Assembly (NCBI GenBank): GCA_951804945.1
Contig: OX638152.1
Coordinates: 48,794,001 to 48,858,000, forward strand
Direction: 5' to 3'
DNA: 64,000 nucleotides
From: Podarcis cretensis
Taxonomy: Eukaryota
The position numbers and the translations under genes are program-made. The stretch's first letter is position 1; each line of letters opens with the position of its first letter. The notes under the pieces were generated by a model, which worked only from the letters and a program-made list of their open reading frames with translations, was not told the DNA's origin and searched no databases. Positions 33,097 through 46,904 of this stretch are shown in pieces.

Positions 33097-36000
33097 CGGC
33101 TGGGCTGTATGGTAGCTGGAGCCCAACAACATCTGGACAAGTTTCCAACGTCTGGTTTAAATCTTTTATAGCACGTCCAGGCTTGAGTTGCTATATGGAA
33201 ATAAGTTCTTAATGTGAGAATTGTCCTGCTTAGATCTCATCAAAAGCCCCATCTAGTTCAGCATCCTTTTCACACAATGGCCAACCAAATGCCCTTGGGA
33301 AGCTTGCAAGCAGGACATTTGTTAGGTAAAAGCTATTTCATTTGTCAGTATGAAGAGGAGGCACAATCAGGCCAGAAATGAATGTACAAATTCCCCCTTA
33401 TTCCATTTATTAAAATTAATTTTGTAATTAATTGGGATTGAGTGTGGGTATGTATGAATATTTTTAAGGATTGTATGAAATGTATGTTTGTTTGTATATT
33501 TGTAACATGTGTGTATTAATGCTGAATTATTTTGATAATAAAAACTTTTTAAAATTTAAAAAAAAAAATGTAATTCTTAGCTTATTGAATGCGTACCCAG
33601 TCATGAGCTCCCAGGTTCATTGAGAAGATAAAAACATGCTGTAAAATTGGTGAGATATTATCACCACCAGCAATGGCAAATGTATGATCTGCAGGGATGG
33701 GTGCACAGCTCTTTTTGAGAGCCCTATTCATTCACCTAAACAGATGGCAATCTATCGAAACTGGTGGCGTATGAGATGGTACTGGTGCTTCTGCCTTGGC
33801 ACTGTGCTCCCTCAGTGAGCAACTTAGGAGCAACCCCTGTTGTGGGCTAGGTAGGAAGAAAGGGTGAGGATATTTTAAATTTAATTTATTAACCATCCTT
33901 CGCCCTAAGATCCCTGGCTAGGTTACAACCATTTAAAATACAGCATAAAATGATTTTAAAAACCTTGCCATTACAAAAAACACAGTCACAAAAAAGAGGG
34001 TGTGTTCTGTGTTTTGTGATGACTTTTTTTGTCCCACAATTTTTGGCTGAGGGCGTGAAGCAGAGTTGGAAAAGGACCTGAGAAAAGTTCTGAGGGCAGA
34101 TACAGAGGCCTGAAGCTCCATATTTGGCTTCTGGGAGTGGGATTGCCCATCCCTTCAGCAGGGAGAGGGACAAACAGCTTTCTTGTACAGGATTCCTTTC
34201 AAGGACCCATTTGTGAGTACTTCAGTGCCTGCAAGTGTACTGGCTCTTTTTGTGAACAACCGCACTAGAGAAACACAAAGGAAGATGATGCTACTTTTCA
34301 CTTGAAGAGCTAACCGGCTAATTAGAGGGGAGCCTTGTAAAAAGGTTGACATAAACGCAGCGCCAGCGGCATTTTATAGCTCATAATGAGCCCATTTTCT
34401 TTGTCTGATGGTCACTGCACACCCTCTACTGACAACATATGTGTTATCTGCCTATGCACCTACAAAGTAGGAGCAGAAATTAGGGCAAAACCGATAACAC
34501 TCAATTTACTACAAGGGTGAACAAAATTCTGTAGGCTGGTATTACGTAATGACCTCTCACTGTGTGCTTCTTTTAAAGCCCCTGCTTCAGCTGCCTGTTT
34601 TACAAGTGCCACTGTTTGCTTCCCAAATTACATTTTGGTTTTGGTTTTATTGAGCTAACCACCAGTGGGCTGTGGGCTGTGTGTGCTTCATATGCTTTGT
34701 ATCTATACTGAGGTACACAAAATTGGGAAACTGCTTGACTGGGTGGTTTCTTGCACTCTTCTAATGTTTTATTGAAGAGAGGCTCAAGAGCCAGAATGGA
34801 CATGATATGATTCATGCAATTAGTAACTGAGTAAATAGGGTTTTTTTTTGAAAGTAAATTGCAGGTGCTAAAGACCTGATCAGCATCAGTATCATTATGT
34901 GGGGAAAGGGGACTTTAACTGTTTACTTCCCCCTACAGTTCTGGTCTGCTCTATTCATTGGGGGGAAAGCTCACATCTGTTACAATGGAAGCTTTTTTTC
35001 TTCCATTTAAATTGCACGTATGTTGTTCCCAGGCCAGATATGAACTGTAGTCACAGCGAAGGGAGTGGAGGAGAGGGCACAAATGTTTAAAGTTCCCCTA
35101 GTTCATTTGATATGACTTTAGAAATCAACAACAAAATTTCAGTTTGCCTCTATACCAAAAGCCCAATGAAATGACAAATATATCTTGCTAAAATAAGCAG
35201 ACAACACTCCTTTCTGCCATCATTTCAACATAAACCTCGAATTACTTTTAATTGCACAAATCCATTACTGTTGACTGAACTCCGTTTCCAGAGGTAGCAG
35301 GCATATTTCATTAATTTCTGAAGTTTTAACAAAATCAAATCTTTAAGTCACAGCACCAGCTCCTTCATATATTTTTTTTAATGCTGTTCACTAAGAGGCT
35401 TCATTTCCCCATGTGTGGTTTATGTGACTTCAGCAGTAGCTTTTCATCCCTCTGCCCTCAATAACCATTTCAAAAGGAAGCCACATATGTTCGTTGATTA
35501 GCTGAGTTATATGAAAGATAAGTGACTTAGAATTAGGTAGCTAAGGCTTCAGTGCCTGGAGGAATTCAATCAGGTTTATGTCACCATAATGCAGCATGCA
35601 ATTTCATTTTAAATTTGCTGTACCTGTAATAAACAAAGTTTAAAATTTCAAAGATGTCTTTGTTTACCACAGCTAGAAAATTTAAGACAATCTGCCTCCT
35701 CCTGCATGTCCTCACATTACTTGGACACAGTCACCCTTGGATGAACTTCACCAAACCATAAATGACTTGGTACTGTACAGAATAACAAGCCTATTGTGCA
35801 TGAACTGTGGATGCCGGCAGCTGAATGGATCTTTTGTCGCTGTAAATACAGGTAGCATTACAATATTACATTTAATTTGACTTCCACAGATGTTTCTGAT
35901 GAAAATGTGATAATGTAACCATTCTAACAGAAAATAGGATTTCACAGAGCTGAAAAAGCCCAGAAAAATATCTAGTGCAGTCACCTAGAAGATCTTCAAC

Positions 36001-36610
36001 AGCAGCAGGGAGGAGGGAGAACCTCAGCATTGGGGGCCAAATGCAATCTTCCAGGCCTCTGGATCTGGCCCTCAGGATTCTCCGTCGGCCACCTCCTCTA
36101 CTGTGCCATGCCCCCTCCCCCAACTGCCACTGCCCCAATTCTATGGGCATACCAGTAGGGGGTTGTGGGAAAAGTGGATGTGGTCTGCTACATGCCACAC
36201 TCCATCCAGGTGAGCAAGAGGTACGATTCACAGCTCAAGACAAAAACACTCAGGATGTGTAGCTAGGCGAGCAAGGGGTGTGGCCTGAGCCTGAGGTTCT
36301 CCACCCTATCCTATAAGACTTAAGAGGATCCAGCGGTAGACAAGCTGCTGTTATAACATCACAACTTTGCATACTGAAGTGCCATCTGGGGAGTTCCAGG
36401 TGGAATCTACACACATATAAAAAAAACCCGCAGTGAAAATACTTTTTTAAAAGAACATTTTGAAAAATACATTGAATTTGCCATAGCTCACGGTCACCAT
36501 CTAGTGTCACATTTGTACACTGCACTTTACAACACATTTAAAACGTTTTATTTGCCGCTGTGTAGCCGAGTCCCCAAGAAAGCTCATTTTAGAATTAATA
36601 TTTTGAAGCA

Positions 36611-37860
36611 GTTAATATTTCAAGCCAGTTTCCTTCTATTAAAAACGACCTATTAATGGGCTGGGATCCTGTTACCGAATCAGAATGTTTACAGCTAATT
36701 AAAACACTCAAGAATGGCAAAGCTCCCGGTGAAGATGTGATTCCTCCTGAGGTGCTTAAACTAAATGCCCAGTGGTGGGCTGTTTTATTGTAGAACAACT
36801 GGTGCTCTGCTCAGCTTTTTTTATTCGAGGGGTGGGCAACTGGTGACCCCGGCACTAAAAACTTTTATTGGAAAAGTGATTCCACAGATGTTATACGGAG
36901 TAGAACTCTGGGGATGGAATCAGAAGCTGTTAGAATGGCTTGAAACCTTCCAAAATTTTTATCTCAGAAGAATTCTAGGCCTCCCTCAGAGTACTCCGGC
37001 AGCTCTCCTAAGAGTGGAAGTAGGACTACCTTCTGTGTCTGCTAGGGCCCATTTAAGATTCTTGCGTTTTTTCATCAACCTTATAGATGCCCTGAACACC
37101 CTATTGGCTAAACAAGCCTTTGTATCATTACAACATAATACCACTTGGCATAAAAGTCTATTAGACATTTTATCCAGATACAACTTACCAGAGTTTAATA
37201 CTCTCAAATTGTGGAGCCCTGATAAAGTTCGGGAATGGATCTTTGAAAAAGACGCCTCTTTGGACCCCACCAAGATAAAAAACTCTGGGTTTTCCTACTG
37301 GTTCCCACGAGTAAAAGCAGTCAAAATCTGTGCCAACTACTTGGTGGGGATCACTGATCCCACCCTTCGGAGAGCTTTCACCATGGCACGGTTTCAAACA
37401 TTGCCAACTGCTTATCTGACCGGTAGATACACAAAACCCCCAGTTGAACATCGTTTATGTCCTTGCTTTATGAAAATTAAAGAGGATCTTACACATTATT
37501 TTCTCTATTGTCCCATTTACTCGGGCTTTAGAGATGCATTGCTGCAAATTATACCCATCTCTATAACCAGTCCTGAAGATAGAGTAAAATTTTTGTTAGT
37601 TGATGCAAACCCACGCATTACCCATGTGGTAGCGATCTTTGTGATGAAGGCCATGAAAGCCAGGGAAAGATTTATGAACGACAATGTAAAGACCCCTTTA
37701 TCGTCTGCTTAACTCGCTGTTTGTTTTCCCTCCTTTTCTACTTTGTGGGAAGAAGGTTTTGTTGGCATAGTATGTAATGAATTTTAATATTTTTAACTAC
37801 TGATTTTAGTGTTGATTTTTGTGCACAGGCATGGTCCTCACAATAAACGGATTTGATTTG
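36611..37860 (+). mobile_element. RTE-X-like LINE, 5'-truncated, with internal deletion of the RT domain
   Basis: 13-bp TSD ATATTTTGAAGCA (36598-36610, 37861-37873), AATAAA and (ATTTG)n tail. The peptide KNGKAPGEDVIPPE..QWW is joined directly to TTGALLSFFYSRGG..LYGVELW..RLCPC..EDLTHYFLYCP, both homologous to the 6692 ORF. Confidence 0.88.
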
Positions 37861-37903
37861 ATATTTTGAAGCATTGCCTATCTAAACTTTTTATGGAATG
37901 TTC

Positions 37904-37906
<3 letters not shown>

Positions 37907-37938
<32 letters not shown>
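37907..37938 (+). repeat. (GA)n microsatellite
   Basis: About 15 units. Confidence 0.95.
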
Positions 37939-37943
<5 letters not shown>

Positions 37944-39016
37944 CAAGTTGCTGCTCTATTGTGGAATCTTCTAGAAGAGGGAAGTTTTTAAGAACTGCAG
38001 TACTGCATAGAAGTTATAATGATCTGAAATATACAAGTGACTTCAAGAGATTTAACGGAGTGTAATGTGGGTCTTGTAAATCTAGTAAAAAGACGGACCT
38101 TTGTAACAGTTCCAAGATTTATTAATGCTAGGAAATTGTTTTGTGGGTTCTTTAAACCATGGGATGTCACATTTAATTGGGTTTACTGTTTTTATTTTGT
38201 GCTGCAGCTATTATAGAAGGACCTGAGCAGTGTGATGGATGGTTAATTTCCTACAAGATGATTGTTGAGGTTCAAACCTACTTGGAAACACAGATTTATA
38301 CATGGCTATTGGGGGTGGGTGAGTTTGGCAGGGATAAGGGGAAAGCACTTAGAAAGAAACACAGAACACAGGTTATAGGGCTTGGTGTGGTTCAGATACA
38401 GCTATGGCTCATTGCTAAAAACCTGCTGTTGCAGATTATGGCTCCATCCTGAAACCTACTGTAGCAATTATGGATCCTTGAGATGTGCTGCACTTGTATA
38501 CTGATGGGGAATGCACTGATGATATGTCAGGACATTGCATTTTGTGGTAGGGATATTTAGGATTGTGAGCTTCTTGAAGTTTAAACAGATAACGACCATG
38601 AAAAAACCAGCACACTGACCTGGCCAGTGCCACTGTGCCTAAGCAGCTCTACAATATGGAGTTAAACATTATTGCTCGCTTACAGATGCAGATCAAACTG
38701 CTGTTGCATAGCAAACCTAGGACATCACAATGGTAGTTCAGCAAAAAAAATATATTAAATATTTAGTATTAGAGCACTGGAAAGCAATGTGCTCTCCTGC
38801 ATACTTGATGGCACTTCCTCATTCTGCATTCCAGAATTGGAAAGCTTATCAAACTTCTCAGAGGCAACCAAATGGGGTTGGTGGATTGTGTTCAGCTTGG
38901 AGCCTGATATCCTGTCAGTTGACTCTGGAATAAGTGTGCACAGGAGTATGGCAGCTTTAACAGGCCACAGGTTGTGAGCATAAAACTTATCTAGACCATA
39001 GTCTTTGTACCAAGGA

Positions 39017-39905
39017 TGTTGCTACCAATTAATGACCGCTCCCCACCACAAATGGGGGGTGCTTTTTGCGGAGTCGTGCACAACCACCTGATCCTACACA
39101 ATCCCTGGCAGTTCAGCCTGACTTTGCCTCCCCAAGCTGGATACCTGGAGGTTCCCGCCTAACCTCAGGCAGTTAGCCAATCCCAGCCGAGGAAGTGCTG
39201 CCAGGAGAGTTGACCAGTTAGGGTTAGGACCGCCCTGCACACACAATAGAGGGTGGAACTTACCTGGGAGTCCTCAGTTGGCTCCAGAGCTTCTCCTACC
39301 CTGCCCTCCCTCAGTTTACGCCTTTCTTTTGCAGGTTAACCTCTTCTTTACAGGTATGTGGGCGCTGCTACGGACAGTGATGGTTGCTGTTGAAGGACAG
39401 GGAAGGAATTTCCCTGCATCGGCAGGTTTTGTCTTCCATGTAGCAAAAACGTCACAACTTTGGCAGTTTCAGGCCTTGGGCGGAATCCTTTAGTCTACCT
39501 TCCCTAAATGGGGGGGGGGCATGAAGCGGTGACCCATGCCCCCCTGCTGAGGCAGCCCCAGTGTTCCCCATTAAAAGGGTTGTTTGGAAGGAAGTCACTG
39601 GCCATACACCGTTAGGTTGTCAGTGCTCACCCCTGCGTTGCGGCAAAATGGGGGGCAGGCTCTCTGCTTGAACAGATGTTCTCCAGAGCCAGCCCAATCC
39701 CCATGCAGTTTGGATAACCTTGTGTTCCCCAAATCCCCAGATGGGGGCTGGGAGGGATAAACACCCAATGCCTAAGCCAAGGTATCCATACATCTGAAAG
39801 TTTAATAAATTGTGGCCAATTTTAATCCCGTAACACGTTGTCATGAGTCATTATTCCTCCCGAGGGTCGCCTGGGGTCAGGGGGTCTCTGCCTGGCCACG
39901 CAATA
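39017..39905 (+). mobile_element. LTR-like terminal repeat unit (solo LTR or DIRS/Ngaro-type terminal repeat)
   Basis: TGTTGC ... CGCAATA termini, AATAAATTGTGGCC near the 3' end, GC-rich relative to flanks. No TSD. 5' boundary uncertain. Confidence 0.55.
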
Positions 39906-40859
39906 CAATTTGCCAAGGGCTGGTTTCTTCTGTGTTATTTTTATTAATGATTTGGATCAGATAAAGGCCTCAAAGCTGGGGAGATACTGCAGTTTTTCAA
40001 AGTTGATTGGAACTGTCCTTTTGCTCAACCACATTATCTCCTCTGGTTTTGAGGATCACATATGGACTGTAAGCCATCATTAGCAAAAATCACTGACTAA
40101 TTTAAAGTAATTTATTGAATGGGTTTGCCAGGATTCGTTCACCCATGGGCATCCGTAGCACTTGGAATGGTGTACAGCTGAGACCAGTTTGGAAACCTAA
40201 AGAGGCTGCTGAGAGATCTGTTGGCAACTCCCTGTTAAATCACTTTGTGGTCTTTCCTGCAGAGATTTCTTCGCCTGCAGATTTCTGCTCCATAGGGTCA
40301 GCCAGCGGGATTCTGTTGTCATATCTGACTTTGCCATTGGCTACTCATCTTACCATGTTGTAAAGTAAAAAATTCTTATATTATCTTAATATGCCTTCAA
40401 GGCGGAGGAATCTGTTGGGCCCCTTAGAGAAATGGGATGCTGCAATGGGTGGATCCTATCCTCTCAGGGCTTCTCTTACTTTCAAAAGACTATTGATTGC
40501 CCCATTGACCTAGGAGCATCTATGTAGTAGGCTTCTGAGTGCATATCCCATGTTGGATAAGGAACTGTGGGCTGTATCCAATGCTATAGCTCCACTGGTG
40601 GGAGAGACCTCTGTGCATGCAAAAGAGCTTCCTCTTCTGTCCCCTCTAGCCCCCTCCTCCATGCCCCCTTAAAATAAGCTCCAGGTGGTTGGGAGATCCT
40701 CTGGAACAGATTTGGGAGATGTGCCTGGCAGAAGTGGAACCAGAAGTCCTGTTGTGTGAGTGGAACTTTGCTAATGCAGTCCTGTCCACACACACAGATA
40801 CTCTGTGCATGTTGTTCATATAATCAACAAAGCGCGTTCTCCAATTACATGAGAGTGCG

Positions 40860-41638
40860 TGTTGCGGTGTGGGCTGCCGGGCCAGCCCTATGTTGCCAGG
40901 CAGGTTAATGATTGTTGCCTGGTGCTTTGATTGGATAACCGGGTTGCTGGGGGAAATTGTATGTTGCAAATTGGGTGGGTGGGACTATAGTCTTTAAATA
41001 TTGGGGCACTCTGGTTTTCCTTTCTCTTTTGCAGAGTGCATCGGATCACCCGCCCGCCCGCCCTCTTTTCCGGTTGACCTTGCTTTGCCTGTCATGGGGT
41101 CGTCTGCCTTGGTGCAGGGGCCTAGTAGGAATTTTGCCATTTGGCTGATTGGCTGTGCCATTTGGTTTTTGCCTACTACTTAGCAATCCGTCACAACTTG
41201 TAAGGTTGCGGTTAGGCATTGGTTATAAAAAGCTGGTGGTGGAGGGGTCAGAATAGGCTGTCCCTGCCCCTCCTATTGCGCTGAAGGGAATTCCGTTAAA
41301 GGAATCCTGGGGCTTGCCACGATTTCGTCCAATCCCTGTCATGGGACCGATGCCGGCGAGCTTTGGGGAGCTGCTGGGGTGAGTGGCGTGGGTCCGACGC
41401 TTAGCTCAAATGATCCCTGACTTTGACTTTCCTTCTACTGGCTTCCGATCGGACCTCGGTATGTCAGTTCTGTCCCAGGCGGGGGGACAGATAGTCATAA
41501 CCAATGTCTAAACAACCACTCACTGATTTTGTATTTTAATAAAGTTGTGGCCAAAATAGTGCCCAAAAACCAAAACTAAATTTACGTGTGATGTGTGAAA
41601 TTATTTGAGGGGTGGCCTGGGGACCTACACACGCAACA
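40860..41638 (+). mobile_element. LTR-like terminal repeat unit (solo LTR or DIRS/Ngaro-type terminal repeat)
   Basis: Inverted termini TGTTGCG ... CGCAACA, ATTGG (reverse CCAAT) boxes, TATAAAAA at about 41224, AATAAAGTTGTGGCC at about 41538. No TSD. Confidence 0.65.
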
Positions 41639-41987
41639 GCTCAAAAGGTTAGCTAGCCGGTTGGACAGGGATTCCCACCTTTCTATGCTAACTCAGGCCT
41701 GAAAAAATATCAGGAGTTTCTGGAAGTAGAAAAGGGAACCTTCGATTCTGTGTGAAGCTAGATTGTGGAGCTAAGTATTAGAGCTGCCCTTTAGAGATCT
41801 TTGTGGCAATGCAATATTCCTCTGAAGAGGAAGGGCTATGAAAGACAACAAGTTTTTCCTTGCCAGTTCTTCCTTGGTTTGGACTCCTGAGCTTCATCAC
41901 CCAGCAATGACTCCCTGGCTCCTAGTTCCTGACTCATTTCTGCCTAAGATCCAGTCTTGACCATCAGCTACATTTCAACTTAAACTT

Positions 41988-42135
41988 CTAAAACCATATC
42001 AAACTTGATTTTGCAAACGGTTTAATTTCACTTGTCTTTTGCAAGATTGAATTCGGTTCAGCTTAGACCCCTAAAACCAAATCGAACTTGATTTTGAAAA
42101 CTGCTTTCGTCTTTTGCAAGATTGAATTAGGTGCA
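41988..42135 (+). repeat. Diverged ~82-bp tandem duplication
   Basis: CTAAAACCA.ATC.AACTTGATTTTG...GTCTTTTGCAAGATTGAATT.GGT.CA occurs twice. Confidence 0.8.
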
Positions 42136-45100
42136 TGCAAAGTCCTTCTGACTAATTTGTTTATTTAACAAACCACTTGTTCGAAAAACAAAACAAAAAT
42201 TTTAAGCAGTTTACACGAAAAGAAAGAAAGAAAGATCCATTGCACCACAAAAGCTGCCAGTGGTCTGTTCAAACCCTGCATTCCTAGGGCAGGGCTCTGA
42301 TGGCTCAGCACAGCTTGATGACTCTGTGTTTGGCTTGCCTAGCAGACCAGCTGCTGAAACAGTGTTGGTCTTTTTATTGAGATCTTCTGCAGCTTCTTTG
42401 GCATTCATTGAATTTCTGGGAGGTGAATATGTAAAAAGAGAACGGTGGCAACCTCTAGCACTCACTGGTGAAAGAGTGCAACTGGAGCCATGGCAAAGTG
42501 TGCTCCAAACCATTATTGTAAAACAGCAACAACCCTGCTCTATGGATCTGGAATGTTTTGCTAGGTTGTAATAACTGTCAGGAATGTGCTATCCCACAAA
42601 CCAAGCACGTTGTAAAACCTGTTGTTCCCACATTTTTTCAATAAAACTTCATGCCACTGTAAATCTGCTTTTGTTTTATTTTTAATGGCAGAAATGTGTT
42701 TATCATAAAAACACTCCCCCCATCCAAAAAAAGGGGGGGGATCCATAGGACAGTGTTGTAAAGCACCCAACCAATATTCTGAGTTCATGACCTCTTGTCA
42801 GAGCTATAAATTGCATCCCAGTTTGAAATATTTATTCATAAAATGCTCCATAAGATGCAAAATAAATGTCATTATGCATCACCCAGTTGGAGGCTGGAGC
42901 AAGGATAATTTGAAACATGCAATCAGACAATTAGCAGAAATAATGGTGATATGCAAATGCCTGTCACATTTATAAGCAGCTGGTATGAAAACAGGAGGGT
43001 GGCATTGAGAATAAGACAGCCGAGAAATTCATCCTAGTCCCAGTAAAGTCTCTTGCATATGTAAATCAAGGTGAAATGTGAATGGCAAGCTTGAAAATTC
43101 TAACTGGAAGAAGCCAAAGGACATCAGCATGGAGAGTTGACGCAAGGAAGAGTCTAATTGGGAAATATGTGATTTGTCTGAGGGAGGGTTGGATTTCTTC
43201 TGGCTCAAATCAACCGATGCGTAAAGCAAGGATCAGAAACTGGACGTTGTCCAGCAGTAGTTCAGAGCTTAATATAGAGCTGGGATGGGGAACCTCAGGC
43301 CTGGGGGTCAAGGGCAGGCCTCTCTTTCCAACAATCAAGTCTCTCTCCAGGACACACATCCTCCCTAGCCACACCCCTCACCAGCCATGATATAGAGGAT
43401 CATCATCTTGAATTTGAGAACTTTCTGGCATGATTCTCTCCTCTGTTAATAATCTGTTTTGTAGCTTTGTGTTGCTTGCTCACTTGTTTAAGTCATCTGC
43501 ATAATTTTACAAAAAAACTAAGTATGTTTTGGGAGTGGCATCCTGTGTTTTTATTCTTACTTTTGTGGGTCACTGCAATCTAAATTATATAGGTTAATTT
43601 AAAGAAGGGGTATGTTTTCATAAACCCATTGTTATTGTGACTATTTATTATTTTCTTTATTAGATTTATTACCTATTAAAAATAGTTGAACAGTTTCTCA
43701 GGATGTCTTGTCTGTGGGGGAACCAATAAGATGAACATTTGGCTGAAATCGTTAGTACTGGCTTCATATAGTACTACTATTTTTGCATTCCTAATGTAGG
43801 TGGGTCCTTTTAAGATTCACAATATGTTCTTTTTAATGCTGCTTCTTTTTAGTCTCTCTATTCTAAATCTAGTCAGTTATATTGACAGCAAAGTATATGA
43901 AGTTTCTGCTTCTGTTGGTGTTTACTTTCAAAATACTTCACTCCTCTAGGCTATGTATCAAACACAACCTCTTGTTCACCACAATGTCTTGTATTTCTTC
44001 CATTTACTGAAAAAGAAGGCCCAAGGCATTGTTCCATACCAGAATCCCAAATGAATTCATTCTTGAACAATGAATTCAAATGAAGTGGGATTATAAATGC
44101 ATTCCATGGGCAAACTTTCCTGAATGCTCCTACTTTTCCATTCGGGAACGACAATAAACTTATGTAATTAATCTTGGATCTCAGCTGCTTTAAAAGTTTA
44201 TCAAAGCCTGATCTTTTCAGTCAAAATAGGAGCATATGAGTTTTGAGATTTGTTGTGGAAGGTTAGCAGATATGGTGGCCACTGGCCACCCAGAGCCCAT
44301 CTTCTTCTAAATATTCTGAGTGAGTGATATTTCCTCTTCATATTCCATATTACAAAAACATAGCCTGCTCTAAATCCTGGTTGAGCTAAAGTAACTAAGT
44401 TTTGGTTGCACATTTCAGCATTCATTTTACATGGGAAAAATACCTTTGATCTTCAGAAATGACTGCCCAGTTCTTACATAGTTCACACGTAATTTTCCCA
44501 TCTTCGCATATGTGCTTCCAACATTTTTGTTTTTGTTCATTACTCTCAGCCTCTTCTTGGCTGGGATGGGGCCGAGACAGTACTGCTGCTCATTTGAAGG
44601 CATCAGATTCTAGGTCCTATTACTACAACAACTCCAAGCAGATGGAGCACAGGGGAGGGTTTTGTTCCACTGCTCCTGCCTTCTACCCTGGCTGCAGTGG
44701 GCAGCATGGCTGTAGAGGCAGCAATGGCAGCTTTCCTGCTTTCCTGGGTGAGTTGTTGTGGTGGTCCCTCCTCCCTGGCAGCACTTGGCTGGCCATTATG
44801 AATCTCCCTGGCAGGCTGGCCTGTAGAACAGGAACTGCCTGCTCAAATACCCAATGCAAGCAGGCCAATCAGGGGCCTGCTGTCTGTCAACAACACATAA
44901 AAGCTAACTGGTGGAAATCTCTGTCTAGAAGCCAAGTGTGGGGCAGATGGACTTCCAGCAGCCACCTAGGAGGGGCAACTTGGCAGATTGGTGTCTTGGA
45001 AATGCCATAATCCTTGGCACTACCCTGTCAAAAGTTTCAGGCCTGAGCCAAAGTCTACCTACATCTGAACATTGTTCATTTGTAATGAGATCTCCAGTTC

Positions 45101-46904
45101 TAAATTAAATGGGATCTCCTAGCCTGTTTGGAAACATGTTGACCAGGCCAGATGTAAGAAATGCAAACCAAAGTGTCTTGTTATCTTTTGTGTGCAAAAA
45201 TAGATTAAACAGGACTTCCTTTCAAAATTATCTGAATTTTAAAAACTGAAAACAATGCAAACTAAGAGAGATGATTTGGCTTTCCAGCCCAGAAGATCAT
45301 CTTCTTGGTGTTATATTATTACAATATAAATGAGATGTATGAGGTTCAATGGGTCTGAGAATCAACCCTTCCAAAATTCCTTAAAATTACTGTCCAGAGA
45401 GAATGATGTGAAGGCACAAACTTAGTTCAGCTGTTGAAGCTAAGGTGGTCTGACCCTGAGAAGGGACTAGATGGGAATTCTAAGTAAGCTGCTTTGAGCT
45501 CTTCATAGGAAGCACAGGATTTAAACATAACAAACAAAATAAACAAAAAAAAAATGTAACTGCCGAACTGTTTCATAATACGGCTACCCTAGGATGGGAT
45601 TTGGTTTGATGTTTCTATATTAATTTGACTCAGACACTGTTATTTCAAAACCTTCTAGAGCGGGAAGGATTTATCCCATTTTGCTATCATGTGGTAATGC
45701 ATTACATCTTTGCTGTTGAATTTCCAATATATATGTTTGTGATTGGCATTTTTTCCTCCTATTTTGAAAGATACATGGGCTCATGGGATAACTGACTTTT
45801 TGTACAGGCATGTACCGGTACATCTCACCATTTTGGTGAGATGTGTGAAACTTTCAAGATACCAAAGATGCTTAGAATTAGGATGGCCAATGTTATTTGC
45901 CTAACATTTTAAAAGACCTGAAGAAGTAACACTGCTTTTCTCTGCTTTTTCTGTATGTGTGTATTGAATCCACAGACATATATTAATAATTGTAAAATGA
46001 TATAACGGTTCAGCAACTACTGAGGATTGTAAAATTCTCATGTCACTACAAGTTCTGCACTTCATATGGATTAAGTTAGTGCATGACTTTGTTCTCCCCA
46101 CCCACCCTACTTTCTTCCTTTTCTTCCTGTAATTTAAATCAGTCTTCTGGAAAGTTGACTAAAGCAACAGTGATCTTCTGTTAAAATTAACAAAATTCAA
46201 GAATATCCTACCAGATTTTGTTCTTTTGTTTTAAACTGTTTCCATCTGGTACTAAGATTTTTTAAAAAATAAAATAAAAATAAAAATCTTAAAGCATCAA
46301 AGGTTCTCTCTTTTGCCCAGTTAGACTTCCAAACATAGGGTAACAACCTTCTTTTTCAATGAACTGATGATTGGATTAAATTAAACCATTGGGTTAAATC
46401 TGCTGTTCTGCAAAGGAGACCTCCCAGTGAAAACAGGCACAATCGACAGGGAAGGTGAGAACTCTTCCTTGTTCTTAGTCCCTAAAAACCCAGTTTCCAC
46501 CACTATCCAGTCTTCTTCTTTAGGCTCTGTGCCATATCACATGCAAACTCTTTGAAAGTGCTTTCTATTTCAAAAGGAGTTTCCTTTTCAGTGAGTCAAA
46601 AAACTCACTAGGCATGGTTATACCGTTGGTCTAAAGTATGTGGTCCTCATTTTGCTTGTTTACAGTAAATTCCATTGCATGGGCATCCTGAAGTCTGACC
46701 TAAAAAGGGTTGTGCTTTTGTGAATGCACAGTCTGTGCTTGTAAAAGGCTGCCTCTCTCCTTGGGACACTGAAGGTCATGGAAGGCATTTTGTGAGTGCC
46801 TTAAACCTTTGGAAGCACCTGAATCCTTTTCTCATGGCACCTCTGATTGCTGTCCATATGAAAATGTAACCAAAGCACAATACCATAACTTATCTTTTTG
46901 AATT

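Noticed and set aside
32749-33171. Cluster of overlapping ORFs on both strands
   Set aside because: Caused by the GC-rich hAT MITE at 32878-33096.
33400-33568. L1-like 3' UTR with AATAAA and A-tail
   Set aside because: Plausible, but low-complexity with no clear TSD or coding remnant, so not called.
44459-45010. 183-aa ORF
   Set aside because: Mostly overlaps a decayed GC-rich MITE-like repeat, has no recognisable domain and no splice context.
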